A DNA stretch of 64,000 bases from the human T2T-CHM13v2.0 reference genome, Homo sapiens, in NCBI RefSeq assembly GCF_009914755.1, contig NC_060927.1. One strand, 5' to 3'. A model generated the notes under the pieces. The model had not been told where the DNA came from, did no database searches, and was given only the letters and a program-made list of their open reading frames with translations. The stretch's first letter is position 1; each line of letters starts with the position of its first letter. Below, piece after piece: positions 19,901-37,302 of the stretch. The translations under genes were made by a program, and so were the position numbers.

Positions 19901-21131
19901 TTTTCTTTTTCAACATAGGCCTCAAACAGCTCATCAACATAGGCCTCAAAGCACTCCAAATATCCCTTGGAATATTCTACAAAAAGACTGTTTCCAAACT
20001 GCTCAATAAAAACAGAGGTTCACCTGTGTGAGATGAAGCCACACATCACAAGAAAGTTTCTCAGAAAGCTTCTTTCTAGTTTTTATATTAAGATATTTCC
20101 TTTTTCACCATGGGCCTTGAAGGGCTCTGAAATATCCCTTTGCAGATTTTACAAAAAATTGTTTTGAAACTGCTAAATGAACAGAAGTGTTCAGCTCTGT
20201 GAGATGAAAGCACACATTAAAAAAAAGTTGCTCAGAAATCTTCTGTCTACCTTTTACGTGAAGATATTTCCTTTTTCATCATAGGCCTCAAAGTGCTCCA
20301 AATACCACTTGGGAGACTCTACAAAAAGAGTGTTTCCAAACTGCTCAATCAAAAGAAAGTTTCAACTCTGTGAGATGAATGCACACATCACAAAGAAGTT
20401 TCTCTGAAAGATTCTGTCTAGTTTTTATGGGAAGATATTTCCTTTTTCACCGTAGGCCTCAAACAGCTCAAAATATCCCTTTGCAGATTCTACAAAAAGA
20501 CTGTTTCCAAACTGCTCAATCAAAAGAAAGATTCAACTCTGTGAGATGAATGCACACATCATAAGAACATTTCTCAGAAACCTTAAATCTAGTTTTTATG
20601 TGAAGATATTTCCTTTTTCACATTAGGCCTCAAAGCATGACAAATATGTTTTTGCAGATTCTACAAAAAGACTGCTTCCAAACTGCTCAATGAACAGGAA
20701 GGTTCAACTCTGTGAGATGAATGCACATATCACAAAGAAGTTTCTCAAAAAGCTTCTGTCTAGTTTTAATGTGAATATATATCCTTTTTCACCATAGGCC
20801 GCCAAGGGCTCACAAATATCCCTTTGCAGAATCTACAAAAGACTGCTTCCAAACTGCTCTGTCAAAACAAAAGTTCCCCTCTGTGAGACAAATGCCCACA
20901 TCACAAAGAAGTTTCTAAGAGAGGCTCCGTCTAGTTTTTTTGTGCAGATAGTACCTTTTGCACCATAGGACACAAAGTGCTCAAAATATTCCCTTGCTAA
21001 TTCTACAAAAAGACTATTTCCCAACTGCTCTATCGAAAGAAAGGTTCAACTCTGTGAGATGAATCCACACATCACAAAGAAGTTTCTCAGAATGTTTCCA
21101 TCTAGTTTTTATGTGAAGATATTTCCTTTTT
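10940..21131 (-). repeat. Alpha satellite, divergent monomeric, block 2
   Basis: Continuous ~171-172 bp alphoid units in the same orientation; the monomer broken by L1 #1 resumes in register. Confidence 0.98.
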
Positions 21132-24420
<3,289 letters not shown>

Positions 24421-27400
24421 AAGATATTTCCTTTTTAACCATAGACCACAAAGCACTCCACATATCCCTTGTTAGATTGTACAAAAGACTGCTTCCAAAC
24501 TGTTCCATCAAAAGAAATGTTCAACTCTGTGAGATGAATGCACACTTCACAAAGCAGTTTCTTAAAATGCTTCTGTCTATTTTTAGTGTGAAAATATTAC
24601 TTTTTTCACCATAGTCCTCAAACGGCTCACAAATATCCCTTTGTGGATTCTTCAAAAAGCCTGTTTCCAAACAGCTCACTCAAAGGAAATGTTCAACTCT
24701 GAGACATAAATTCACACATCAAAACGAAGTTTCTCAGAAATCTTCTGCCTATTTTTATGTGAAGATATTTCCTTTTTCAACACAGGCAACAAAAGGCTAA
24801 CATATATCCCATTACAGATACTAAAAAAACACTGTTTGCAAACTGCAAAATCAAAGGAAAGTTTCAACACTGGGAGATGAATGTGCACTTCTCAAAGATG
24901 TTTCTCAGAAAGCTTCTGTCTAGTTTTTATTTGAATATATTCCCTTTTTCAACATAGGCCACAAAGCACTCTAAATGTCCATTTACTGATATTTCTAAAA
25001 GACTGTTTCCAAATTCCTCAATGAAAAGAAAGGTTCAATTCTGTGAGATGAATGCATACATCACAAAGAGTTTTCTCAAAAACTTCTGTCTGGTTTTTAG
25101 TTGAAGACATTTACTATTTCACCATAGGCCTCAAGGGGGTCACAAATATCCCGTTGCAGATCCTACTAAAAGATTGTTTCCAAACTGCTCAAGGAAAAGA
25201 AAGCTTCAACACTGTGAGATGATGGCACACATCACAAAGAAGTTTCCCAGAAGCTTCTGGCTAATTTTATGTGAAGAAATTTCTTTTTCACCATAGGCCT
25301 CAAACCGCTCATAAATATCCCTCTACAGATTCTACAAATGACTGTTTGCAAACAGCTCAACCAAAAGAAAGGTTCAACTCTGTGAGATGAATGTACACAT
25401 CAGAAAGAAGTTTCTCAGAATGCTTCTGTCTAGTTTTTATGTGAAGATATTTCCTTTTCCACCACAGGCCTCAAAGCACTCCAAATATCCATTTGCAGAT
25501 TCTACAAAAAGAGGTTTGTGAACTGGTCAATCAAAAGAAAGGTTCAAGTCTGTGAGATGAAGGCACTCATCACAAAGAAATTTCTCAGAATGCTTCTGTC
25601 TAGCTTTTATGAGAAGATATTTCCTTTTTCACCAGAGGCCTCAAAGCACTCCAAATATCCTTTGCAGATTCTACAAAAAGACTGTTTGCAAACTGCTCAA
25701 TCAAAAGAAAGTTTCAACTCTGTGAGATGAATGCACACATCACAAAGAAGTTTCTCGGAATGCTTCTGTCTAGTTTTTATGTGAGGATACTTCCTATTTC
25801 ACTATAGGGCATAAACGGCTCACATATATCCCCTTGCAGATTCCATGAAAGGACTGTTTCCAAACTGCTCAATGAAAAGAAAATTTCAACTCTGTGAGAT
25901 GAAACACATATCACAAAGAAGTTTCTCAGAATGCTTTTGTCTAGTTTTTATGTGAAGATACTTCTTTTTCACCATAGCACTCAAACGGCTCAGAAATATC
26001 CCTTTGCTGATTTTTCAAAAAGACTGTTTCCAAAATGCTCAATTCAAAGAATGGTTCAATATTATGAGATGAATGCACACATCACAAAGAAGTTTCTCAG
26101 AATGCTTCTGTCTAGTTTTTATGTGAAGATATTTCCTTTTTCACCATATGCCTCAAAATGCTCCAAATATCCATTTGCAGATACTGCAGAAAGATGGTTT
26201 CCAAACTGCTCAATCAAAAGAAGGGTTCCAATATTTGAGAAGAAACACACATCACAAAGAGGGTTTTCAGAAAGCTTTTGTCTAATTTTTATGTGGAGAT
26301 GTTTCCTATTGAACCATAGGCCATAAGGGGCTCAGAAATATTCCTTTGCAAATTCTACGAAAAGACTATTTCTAAACTGCTCAATGAAAAGAAAGATTCC
26401 ACTCTGTTAGATGAATGTACACATCACAAAGAAGTTTCTCAGAGTGTTTCTGTCTAATTTTTATGTGAAGATATTTCTTTTTCACCATAGGCCTCAAACA
26501 GCTCGAAAATGTCCCTTTGCAAATTGTACAAAAAGACTGTTTCCAAACTGCTCAATCAAAAGAAAGTTCAACTCTGTGAGATGAATGCAGGCATCACAAA
26601 GAAGTTTGTCAAAATGCTTCTATCTAGTTTTTATGTGAAGATATTTCCTTTCTCACCATAAGCCTTAAACCCATCACAAATATCCCTCTGCAGACACTAC
26701 AAAAAGAATGTTTCCACACTGTGCCATCAAAAGTAAGGTTCAACTCTGTGAGATGAATGCACACGTTACAGGGAAGCTTCTCAAAATGCTTCTGTCTAGT
26801 TTTTATGTGAAGATATTTCCTTTTTCACCACAGGCCTCAAAGCGCTGCAAGTATACATCTGCAGATTCTACAAAAAGAGTGTTACCAAGCTGCTCAATCA
26901 AAAGAAAGGTTCAACTCCTTGAAATGAAAACCCATATCACAAAGAAGTTTCTCAGAATGCTTCTGCCTAGTTTTTATGTGAAGATACTTCCTTTTTCACC
27001 ATAGGCCTCAAAGCGCTCCAAATATCCATTTGCAGATTCTACAAACAGGGTGTTTCAAACCTGATGAATCAAAAGAAAGGTTCAACTCTGTGAGTTGAAT
27101 GCACGCATCACAAAGATGTTTCTCCGTATGTTTCTGTCTAGTTTTTATGTGAAGATATTTCCTTTTTCATCATATGCCTTAAACCAGTCACAAATATGCA
27201 TCTGCAGATACTACAAAAAGACTGTTTTGAAACTGCTCAATCAAAAGAAAGGTTCAACTCTGTGAGATGAATGCACACATCACAAAGTAGTTTCTGAGAA
27301 TGCTTCTGTCTAGTTTTTATGTAAAGATATTTCCTTTTTCACCATAAGCCTCAAGGTGTTCCAAATATCCATTTGCAGATTCTACAAAAAGAGTATTTGC

Positions 27401-30400
27401 AACCTGCTCAATCAAAAGAAATGTTCAACTCTGTGAGATGAATGCACTCATCACAAAGAAGTTTCTCAGAATGCTTCTTTCTAGTTTTTATATGAAGTTA
27501 TTTCCTTTTTCACCGTAGGCCTTAAACCGGTCACAAATATCCCTCTGCAGATACAAAAAAAAAAAACTGTTCCAAACTCCTTCATCAAAAGAAAAGCTCA
27601 ACTCTGTGAGATGAAAGCATATATTACAAAGAAATTTCTAAGAAAGCTTCTGTCTAGTTTTTATGTGAAGTTATTTCATATTTCACCGTAGGCCACCAAG
27701 GGCTCAAAAATAACCCTGCACAGATTCCACCAAAAGACGGTTTCCAAACTTCTCAATCAAAATAAATGTTCAACACCGTGAGATGAATGCACACATCAAA
27801 AAGAAGTTTCTCAGAATGCTTCTGTCTAATTTTTATGTGTAGATATTTCTTTTTCACCATAGGCCTCAAAAGGCTCAGAAATAATCCATTTGCAGATTGT
27901 AGAAAAAGACTGTTTCCAAAGTGCTCAAACAAAAGAAAAGTTCAACTCTGTGAGATGAATGCAGGCATCACAAAGAAGTTTCTCAGAATCATTCTGTATT
28001 TTTTATATATGAAGATATTTCCTTTTTCACCATAGGATCTCAAAGCACTCCATATATCCATTTGCAGACTGTACAAAAAGACTGTTTCCAAGCTGCTCAA
28101 TCAAAATAAATGTTCAACTCTGTGAGATGAAAGCAGGCATCACAAAGTAGTTTCTCAGTAATGTTCTGTCTAGTTTTCATGTGAAGATATTTCCTATATC
28201 ACCAAAGGCCAAAAAGGGCTCACAAACATCCCAGTGCAGATTCTATGAAAAGACTGTTTCCAAACTGCTCAATCAAAAGAAAGATTCAATACTGTGAGAT
28301 GAATGCAAACATCACAAAGAAGTTTCTCAGAATCCTTCTGTCTAGTTTCTACGCGTAGATATTTCTTTTTCACCATAGGCCCCAAATGGCTCTGAAATAT
28401 CCATTTACAGATTGTAGAAAAAGACTGTTTCCAAGCTGCTCAATCAAAAGAAAGTTTCAACTCTTTGAGATGAATGTAGGCATCACAAAAAAGTTTCTCT
28501 GAATGCCTCTGTCTAGTTTTATGTGAAGATATTTCCTATTTCATCATAGGCCTCAAAGTGCTCCAAATATCCATTTGCAGATTCTACAAAAAGACTGTTT
28601 CCAAACAGCTCAATCAAAAGAAAGGTTCAAAGCTGAGAGATGAATGCACACATCACAATGAACTTTCTCAAAATGCTTCTGTCTATTTTTATGTGAATAT
28701 ATCTTCTTTTTCACCTTAGGCCTCAAAGCACTCCAAATATCCCTTTGCAGATTCAATAAAAAGAGCGTTTCCAACCTGCTCAATCAAAAGAAAGTTTCAA
28801 CTCGGTGAGATGAATGCACACATCACAAAGAAGTTTCCCAGAATACTTGTGTCTAGTTTTTATGTGAAGATATTTCCATTTTCACCATAGGCCTTATACC
28901 GGTCACAAATATCCCTCTGCAGGTACTACACAATGACTGTTTCCAAACTGCTGCTTCAAAAGAAAGGTTTACACAAAGGAGTTTCTCAGAATGCTTCTGT
29001 CTAGTTTTTATGTGGAGATATTTCCTTTTTCACCATAGGCCTCAATGCACTCCAAATATCCATTTGCACATTCCACAAAAAGAGTGTTTCTAAAATGCTC
29101 CATAAAAAGAAAGGTTCAACTATGTCTGATGAATGCACAGATCACAAAGAAGTTTCTCAGAATGCTTCTGTCTCAATTTTATGTGAAGATATTTTTTTCA
29201 CCATAGGCCTCAAATGGCTGGCAAATATCCCTTTGAAGATTTTACGAATAGACTGATTCCAAACTGCTCAATCAAAACAAAGTTTCATCTCTGTGAGATG
29301 AATGCAGACATCACAAAGAAGTTTCTGAGAATGCTTCTGTGTAGTTTTTATGTGAAGATAATTCCATTTTCACCATAGGCCTCAAAGCGCTCCAAATATC
29401 CCTTTGCAGATTCTACAAAAAGACTGTTTCCCAATTGCTCAAACAAAAGAAAGGTTCATCTCTTTGAGATGCATGCACACATCACAAGAAGTTTCTGTCT
29501 AGTTTTCATGTGAAGATATTACCTTTGTCACCATCAGCCTCAAAGCGCATCAAATATCCATTTGCAGATTCTACAAATAGGTTGTTTCCAAACTACTCAA
29601 TCAAAAGAAAGGTTCAACTCTGAGATGAAAGCGTATATCACAAAGAAGTTTCTCAGAAAGATTCTGTCTAGTTTTTATGTGAAGATATTTACTTTTACAC
29701 CATAGGCCATAAAGGGCTCACAAATATCCCTGTGCAGATTCTACAAAAAGACTGTTTCCAAACTGATCAATCAAAGGAAAGTTTCAACTCTGTGATAGAA
29801 ATGCACACATCACAAAGAAGTTTCTCAGAATGCTTCTGTCTAGTTTTTATGTGAAGATATTACTTTTTAAACATAGGCCTCAAATGGCTTGGAAATATCC
29901 CTTTGCAAACTGTACAAAAAGACTCTTTCCAAACCGCTCAATCAAAACAAAGGTTTAACTGTATTAGATGAATTCAGGCACCAGAAACATGTTTCTCAGA
30001 ATGCTTCTGTTTAGTTTTTATGTGAAGATATTTCCTTTTTCACCATTGGCCTCAAAGCACTCTAAATATCCATTTGCAGATATTACAAAAAGACTGTTTT
30101 CAAAATTCTCCTTCAAAAGTAAGGTTCAACTCTTTGAGATTAATTCACAGATCAAAAGAAGTTTTACAGAATGCTTTTGTCTAGTTTTTATATGAACGTA
30201 TTTCCTTTTTCACCATAGGCCTCAAAGCGCTCCAAATATCCTTTGCAGATTCTACACAAAGAGTGTTTCCAACCTGCTCCATCAAAAGAAAGGTTCAGCT
30301 CTGTGAGGTGAATGCACCCATCACATAATAGTTTCTCAGAATGCTTCTGTCTAGTTTTTACGTGAAGATATTTCCTTATCCAGCTTAGGCCTTAACCGGT

Positions 30401-32089
30401 CACAAATATCCCTCTGCAGATACTACAAAAAGACTGTTCCAAATGTGCTCTATCAAAGGAGAGGTTCAAATCTGTGTGATGAATGCACACATCATAAAGA
30501 AATTTCTCAGATGCTTCTGTCTAGTTTTTATATGAAGATATTTCCTTTTTCACCATAGGCCTCAATGTGCTCCAAATATCCATTTGCAGATTCTACAAAA
30601 AGACGGTTTCCAAACTGCTCAATGAAAACAAGGGTTTAACTCTGTGAGATGAAAGCATACATAGCAAGAGAGTTTCTCAGAAAGCTTCTGTCTACTTTTT
30701 TTGTGAAGATATTTCCTATTTCACCATAGGCCATACAGGGCTCAAAAGTATCCCTATGCCGATATTGTGAAAAGACTGTTTCCAAACTGCTCAATCAAAA
30801 CAAAAGTTCAACTCTGTGAGAAGAAAGCACACATCACAAAGAAGTTTCTCAGAAAGCTTCTGTCTAGTTCTTATGTGTAGATATTTCTTTTTCACCATAG
30901 GCCTCAAACGGCTCAGAAATATCCGTTTGAAGATTGTACAAAAGTTTGTTTCCAAACTGCACAATCAAAAGAAAGGTTCAACACTGTGAGATGTATGCAG
31001 ACGTTTCTTAGTATGCTTCTGTCTAGGTTTTATGTGAAGGTATTTCCTTTTTCAGCATAGGTCTCAAAGCACTCCAAATATCTATTTGCAGTTTCTACAA
31101 AAAGACTATTTCCAAAGTGCTCCATCAACAGAAAGGTTCAACTGTATGAAATCAATGCACAAACCACAAAGAAGTTTCTCAGAAAGCTTCTGTGTAGTTT
31201 TTAAGTGAAGATATTTCCTATTTCTCCCTAGGCCTCAATGGACTCACAAATATCCCTTTTTAGATTCTACAGAAGGACTGTTTCCAAACTCTTCAATCAA
31301 AGGAAAATTTCAACTCTGTGAGATGAATGCATACATCAGGAAGAAATTTCTGTGAATGCTTCTGTCTAGTTTTTATGTGAAGATATTCCCTTTTTTACCA
31401 TAAGCCTCAAAGCACTCCAAATAGCAATGTGCAGATTCTACCAAGAGACTGTTTCCAAACTGCTCAAGCAAAAGTGGGGTTCAACTCTGTCAGATGAAAG
31501 CACACATCACAGAGAAGTTTCCCAGAATGCTTCTGTCTAGTTTTTATATGAAGATATTTCCTTTTTCACCATAGGCCATAAATGTCTCACAAATATCCCA
31601 TTGCAGATTCTGCAAAATGACTGTTTCCAAACTGCTTAATCAAAAGAATGGTTCAACTCTGTGGGATGAATGGACACTTCACAAATAAGCTTCTCAGAAT
31701 GAGTCTGTCTGGTTTTTATATATGAGGATACTTCTTTTTCACCATAGGCCTTAAACGGCTCTGAAATATCCCTTTGCAAATTGTACAGAAAGACTGTTTA
31801 CAAACTGCTCCATCAAAAGAAAGTTTCAACTCTGTGAGATGAATGCAGGCATCATGAAGAAGTTTCTCCTCAGAATACTTGTCTAGTTTTTATGTGAAGA
31901 TATTTCCTTTTTCACCATAGGCCTCAAAGCGCTCTAAATATCCATTTGTTGATTCTTCAAAAAGACTTTTTCCAAACTGCTCCATTAAAAAAAAGATTCA
32001 ACTCTGTGAGATGTATTCACACATCACAAAGAAGTTTCTGAGAATGCTTCTGCCTAGTTTTTATGTGAAGATATTTCCTTTTTCACCAT

Positions 32090-35000
32090 AGAACTGAAAT
32101 TGCTCACAAATACCCCTTCGCAGATTCTAGAAGAACAGAATTTCCCAACTGCTCATTGAAAAGAATTATTTAGCTCTGTGAGATAAATGTATACATTGCA
32201 AAGAAGTTTCTCAGAAAGCTTATGCCTAGTTTTTATGTGACAATATTTCCTTTTTCACCACAGCCCTCAAAGCTCTCAGAAATATCCCTTTGATGATTCT
32301 AGAAGAAGAGAGTTTCCAAACTGCAGTATGAAAATAATCATTTACGACAGTGAGATCAATGCAGACATCACAAACCGTTTCTCAGAAATTTTTTTCTAGT
32401 TTTTATGTGAAATTATTTCCTTTTTTGCCATAGGCCTCAACCTGCTCCCAAATATTCCTTTTCAGATTTTCCAAAAAGACTCTTTCCAAACTGCTCATTC
32501 AAAATAATGTTTCAACTCTGTGAGATGAATGCAGGCATCACAAAGAATTTTCTATGAAAGCTTCTGTCTCGTTTTTATGTGACCATATTTTCTTTATCAC
32601 CACTACCCTCAAAATGCTCACAAATATCTCTTTGCAGATTCTAGAAGAACAGATTTTCCAAACTGCTTCATTAAAACATAGGTTTTCCTCTGTGAGATGA
32701 ATGCACACATCAGAAACAGTTTCTCAGAAATGTTCTTTCTTGTTTTTATGGGGAGATATTTCCTTTTTCACCAAAGTCTTCAATGCATCCCAAAATATTC
32801 CTTAGCAGATACTGCAAAAAGACTGTTTCTAAAGAGCTCAATCAAAAGAATGGTTCAAGTCTGTGAGATGAATGAACACATCACAAAAAGGTTTCTCAGA
32901 AAGCTTTTGCCTAATTTTTATGTGAAGATATTTCGTTTTTCATCATAGGCCTCAAAGCACTCAAAAATATCCAATTTGCAGATTCTAGAAGAACAGAGTT
33001 AGCAAACTGCTCAATGAAAAGAAAGCTTTACCTTTCTCAGATGAATGCATACTTCACTAAGCCGTTTCTCACTAAGATTCTTTGTAGTTTTCATGTGAAG
33101 ATATTTCTTTTTTCACCCAAGTCCTCTGTGTGCTCCCAAATATCCCTTTGCAAGCTCTACAAAAAGAATGTTTCCAAATTGCTCAATCAAAAGAATGGTT
33201 CAAATCCCTGAGATGAATGAACACATCAAAAAGAATTTTCCCATAACTCTTCTGTGTAGTTTATATGTGAAGATATTTCCTTTTTCACTATAGGCCTCAA
33301 TGCACTCACAAATATCCCTTTGCAGATTCTAGAAGAACAGAGTTTCCAAACTTCTCAATGAAAAGAAACTTTTACCTTTGTGAGTTAAATGCATGCATCA
33401 CAAAGCAGTTTCTCAGAAAGCTTCTTTGTAGTTCTTATGTGAAAATATTTCCTTTTCCACCACAGGCCTCAAAGTGCTCCAAATATCCACTTGCAGATTC
33501 TACAAAAAGAGTGTTTCAAAATTGCTCAATCAAAAGAAAGGTTCAACTCTGTGAGTTGAATGCACACATCACAACGAAGTTTCTCAGAATGCTTCTGTGT
33601 AGTTTTTATGTGAAGATATTTCCTTTTCCACCATAAGCCTCAAAGCTCTCCAAATATCCACTTGCAGATTCTATAAAAAGTGTGTTTCAAAACTGATCTA
33701 TCAAAGGAATGGTTCATCTCTGTGAGATGAATGCACACATCACAAAAAAGTTTTTCCAAAAGCTTCTGTCTAGTTTTTATGTGAAGATATTTCCTTTTTC
33801 ACCATAGGCCTCAACGTGTTCCCAAGTATCCCTTTGCAGATTCTACAAAAAGAGTCTTTCCAAGCTGGTCAATGAAAAGAATGGTTTAAGTCTGTGAGAT
33901 GGAATGTATGCATCACAAAAAATTTTTCCAGAAAGCTTCTGTCTAGTTTTTATATGAAGATATTTCCTATTTCACCATAGTCCTCAAATGGCTCAGAAAT
34001 ATGCCTTTGCAGATTCTACAAAAAGACTGTTTCCAAACTGCTAAATCAAAAGAATTGTTCAATTCTGTGAGCTGAATGCACACACCATGAAGAATTTTGC
34101 CAGAAATCTTCTGCCAAATTTTTATGTGAAGATATTCTCTTTTTCACCATAGGCCTGAAAGTGCTCAAAAATATCCCTTTGCAGATTGTAGAGGAACAGA
34201 GTTTCCAAACTGCTCAATGAAAAGAGAGTTTTACCTCTGTGAGATGAATGCACATTTCAGAAAGTAGTTTCTCAGAAAGCTTCTTGACAGTTTTTATGTG
34301 AAGATATTTACTTTTTCACTATAGGCCTCAGTGCGCTCCAAAATATCCCTGTGCAGATTCTACAAAAAGAGTGTTTCCAACCTGCTGTATCAAAAGAATG
34401 GTTCAACTCTGTGAGATGAATGCACACATCACAAAGTAGCTACTCAGAAAGCTTCTGTCTAGTTTTTATGTAAAGATATTTCCTTTTTCACCATAGAACT
34501 CAAAGCACTCACAAATACCCCTTTGCAGATTCTAGAAGAACAGAATTTCCAAACTGCTCAATGAAAAATATCATTTACCTCTGTGAGATGAATGCATAAG
34601 TCACAAAGATGTTTCTCAGAAAGCTTATGTCTAGTTTTTATATGATGATATTTCCTTTTTCACCATAGCCCTCAAAGCAGTCAGAATTATCTCTTTGATC
34701 ATTCTAGAAGAACAGAGTTTCCAAACTGCTCAATGAAAAGAAACTTTTACCTCTGTGAGATGAATGCACACTTCACAAAGGAGTTTCTCAGAAAGATTCC
34801 TGGCAGTTTTTATGTGAAGATATTTACGTTTTCACTATAGGCCTCAGTGTGCTCCAAAATATCCCTGTGCAGATTCTACAAAAAGAGTGTTTCCAACCTG
34901 CTGCATCAAAAGAATGGTTCAACTCTGTGAGATGAATGCACACATCACAATGTAGTTACTCAGAAAGCTTCTGTCTAGTTTTTATGTGAAGATATTTCCT

Positions 35001-36150
35001 TTTTCACCATAGTCCTCAATGCACTTCCAAATATCCCTTGGCAGATTTTACAAAAAGACTGTTTCCAAATGGCTCAATCAAAAGAATGTTTCAACACTGA
35101 GAAAAGAATGCACACATCACATAGAAGATTCTCATAAAGCTCCTGTCTAGTTATTATGTGAAGATATTTCCTTTTTCACCACAGGCATCAACAAGCTCCA
35201 AAATATGCCTTTGCAGATTCTACAAAAACAGTGCTTCCAAACTGCTGTATCAAAAGAATGGTTCAACTCTGTGAGACAAATGCAGACATCACAAAATAGT
35301 TTCTCAGAAAGCTTCTATCTGGTTTTTATGTGAAGATATTTCCTTTTCCACCATAGAACCCATAGTGCTCAAAAACACCTCTTTACAGATTCTAGAAGAA
35401 CAGAATTTCCAAACAGCTCAATGAAAAGTATCATTTACCTCTGTGAGATGAATGCATACATCACAAAGAAGTTTCTCAGAAAGCTTTTCTCTAGTTTTTT
35501 ATTTTCTTTTCCACCACAGGCCTCAAAGTGCTCACAAATATCCCTTTGCCGATTCTTGAAGAATTGAGTTTCCAAACTGCTCAATGAAAAGAAATGTTTA
35601 CCTCTGCAAGATCAATGCACACATCTCAAACGGTTTCTCAGAGAGATTCTTTCTAGTTTTTATTTGAAATTATTTCCTTTTTCACCATAGGACTCAACAT
35701 GCTCCCAAATATTCCTTTTCAGATTTTACAAAAAAACTGTTTCCAAAATGGTCATTCAAAATAATGATTCAACTCTGAGATGAATACAGGCATCACAAAG
35801 AAGTATATCTATGAAAGCTTCTGTCTAGTTTTTATGTGACCATGTTTCCTTTTTCACCATTACCCTCAAAACACTCACAAATATCACTTTGCAGATTCTA
35901 GCAAAACAGATTTTTCAAACTGCTCAATGAAAAAAAACTTTTACCTCTGTAAGATGAATGCACACGTCAGAAACAGTTTCTCAGAAAAGTTCTTTCTAGT
36001 TTTTATGGGAAGATATTTCCTTTTTCACCAAAGTCCTCAAATTGCCCCAAAATATTCCTTAGCAGATACCACAAAAAGACTGATTCTAAAGTGCTCAATG
36101 AAAAGATTGGTTCAACTCTTTGAGATGAAAGAACACATCACAAAGAAGTT
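32090..36150 (-). repeat. Distinct alpha-satellite domain of 172-bp monomers of two interspersed types
   Basis: Type X has TTCTAGAAGAACAGA...TTTACCTCTG; type Y has AAAAGAATGGTTC. Homologous positions 34151, 34323, 34495, 34667, 34839, 35011, 35183, 35355 are exactly 172 bp apart. Confidence 0.85.
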
Positions 36151-37302
36151 TCTCAGAATGCTTCTGTCTAGTTTTTAGGTGAAGATATTTCTTTTTTCAC
36201 CACATGCCTCAAACAGCCTACAAATATTCCTTTGTAGATTTTACGAAAAGACTGTTTCCAAACTGCTCAATCCAAAGAAAGATTCAAATCTGTGAGGTGA
36301 ATGCACACATCACAAAGAAGTTCCTCAGGAAGCTTCTGTCTTGTTTTTATGTGAAGATATTTCTTTTTTCAAAACAGGCTCAAAAATGTCCCTTTGCACA
36401 TTCTACAAAAAGACTGTTTCCAAACAGGCCAATCAAAACAAACATTCAACACTGTGAGAGAATTGCAAACATCACAAAGAAGTTTCTCAGAAAGCTTATG
36501 TCTAGTTTTTATGTGAAGGTATTTCCGTTTCCACCATAAGCCACAAAGCTTTCAGAAATATCACTTTGCCGATTCTACAAAAAAACTAGTTTCAAGCTAT
36601 TGAATGAAAAGAAAAGTTCAACTCTGTGAGATGAATGCACACATCACAAAGAAGTTTTTCAGAAAACTTCTGCCTAGATTTTATTTGGGGATATTTCCTT
36701 TTTCACTGTAGGTCTCAAAACACTCAAAAATGTCCCTTTGTAGATTCAACAAAAAAAACTGTTTCCAAACTGCTCTATCAAAAGAAAGGTTCAAGTCTGT
36801 GAGATGAATGCACACTTCAAAAAAAGGTTTCTCAGAAAGCTTCTGTCTAGTTATGATGTGACAATATTTCCTTTTTCACCATAGGCCAAAAACCACTATC
36901 AAATATCCGTTTGCAGATTCTATAAAAGACTGCTTCCAACATGCTCAATCAAAAGAATGGTTCAACTCTGTGAGACGAATGCACACATCACAAAGCAGTT
37001 TCTCAGAAAGTTTCTGTCTAGTTTTTAAGTAAAGACATTTCCTTTTTCACCATTGGCCACAAAGGGATCACAAATATCCCTTTGCAGATTCTGCAGAAAG
37101 ACTGTTTCCAAACTGCTCAATCAAAACTAAGTTTCAACTCTGTGAGGAGAATGTACACAACCCAAAGAAGTTTCTCAGAATGCTTCTGTTTAGTTTTTAT
37201 ATGAAGATATTTCCTTTTCCACCATAGGCCCCAAAGTGCCCAAAAATGTCCCTTTGCAGATTCCAGAAAAGGTTGTTTCCAAACTGCTCAATCTAAAGAA
37301 TA

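Noticed and set aside
36521-36540. TTCCGTTTCCACCATAAG as a CENP-B box
   Set aside because: It lacks the second CpG and the CCCG core; it is a mutated pJalpha-type box.
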